Below, piece after piece: positions 57,257-64,000 of a stretch of DNA of 64,000 nt. Source of the DNA: Chrysomallon squamiferum (taxonomy: Eukaryota; Animalia; Mollusca); contig CM022677.1 in assembly GCA_012295275.1 (NCBI GenBank), forward strand, positions 23,746,001 through 23,810,000. The letters are read 5' to 3'. Below the pieces are notes generated by a model. The model searched no databases. It was not told the origin of the DNA and saw only the letters and a program-made list of their open reading frames with translations. Within the stretch, counting starts at the first letter, position 1. The number at the start of each line of letters is the position of its first letter. The position numbers were made by a program, and so were the translations under genes.

Positions 57257-57774
57257 TATGTAAGGTCGTATCTACATGCATTTATCTATGTTTATATGCC
57301 TGTTACATATAGATTTGATACGATTATAAATAATAATTGATACAAATATTATAAATTCACGAAAAATCAAAAAAAAAAAAGCTTTTATCGATATCATAGA
57401 CAGGAAAGTGAAAAGTCACACATCTGACACGCTTGAGTGAACACTGTGTTTATTATATACATATAATCAAACAACCATAAAAATGTATAGCTGACAACAT
57501 CTTTATTTGTTGTTATAAATAATTCGAGAACGTTAAGAACAATGAATTAACGTATAATAGTAACTGCTTAAAATACGTGACTTTACAAAAACGCTACACA
57601 CTAATTATTCTGTGAAATAACACAAGGGTGTGGCCGCTTTCATCCTTTGCATTTGTAAACTGGTTAGATGATGAAGTGTGTGTTTTCACAGTGTGCAGTG
57701 ACACGCCCTGTGTATCTGTCTTCTGCTCTACGCGTTAATCGGCTAGTCACGTGATTCTTGCATCTTTAGGCGAA

Positions 57775-63935
<6,161 letters not shown>

Positions 63936-64000
63936 CTTTAAACCAATTTAAATACAAGATAAAAATGTAGATTTAAGTATAATATGAACGTGATATGAGC

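Overview
AT-rich, microsatellite-saturated animal genomic DNA with spliced genes. It looks invertebrate, probably lophotrochozoan or mollusc-like (inference). Most entries in the ORF track are simple-repeat artefacts. By reading splice sites and exon phases by hand I reconstruct eight multi-exon loci: (1) the 3' part of a + strand thrombospondin type-1 repeat (TSR) single-pass membrane protein; (2) an LHFPL2-like tetraspan with probable alternative first exons; (3, 4) a head-to-head pair of single-sushi/CCP transmembrane proteins with Tyr-motif tails; (5) an orphan single-pass protein; (6) a trypsin-fold homologue with all three catalytic residues replaced; (7) a 189-aa membrane-anchored protein with a cytoplasmic CIDE-N domain, the most unusual item; (8) the 3' part of a - strand TSR-repeat gene, one exon of which ends in a 10-copy in-frame array of splice donors. 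Several small frameshifts point to assembly errors or decay. All gene models are manual predictions without transcript support.
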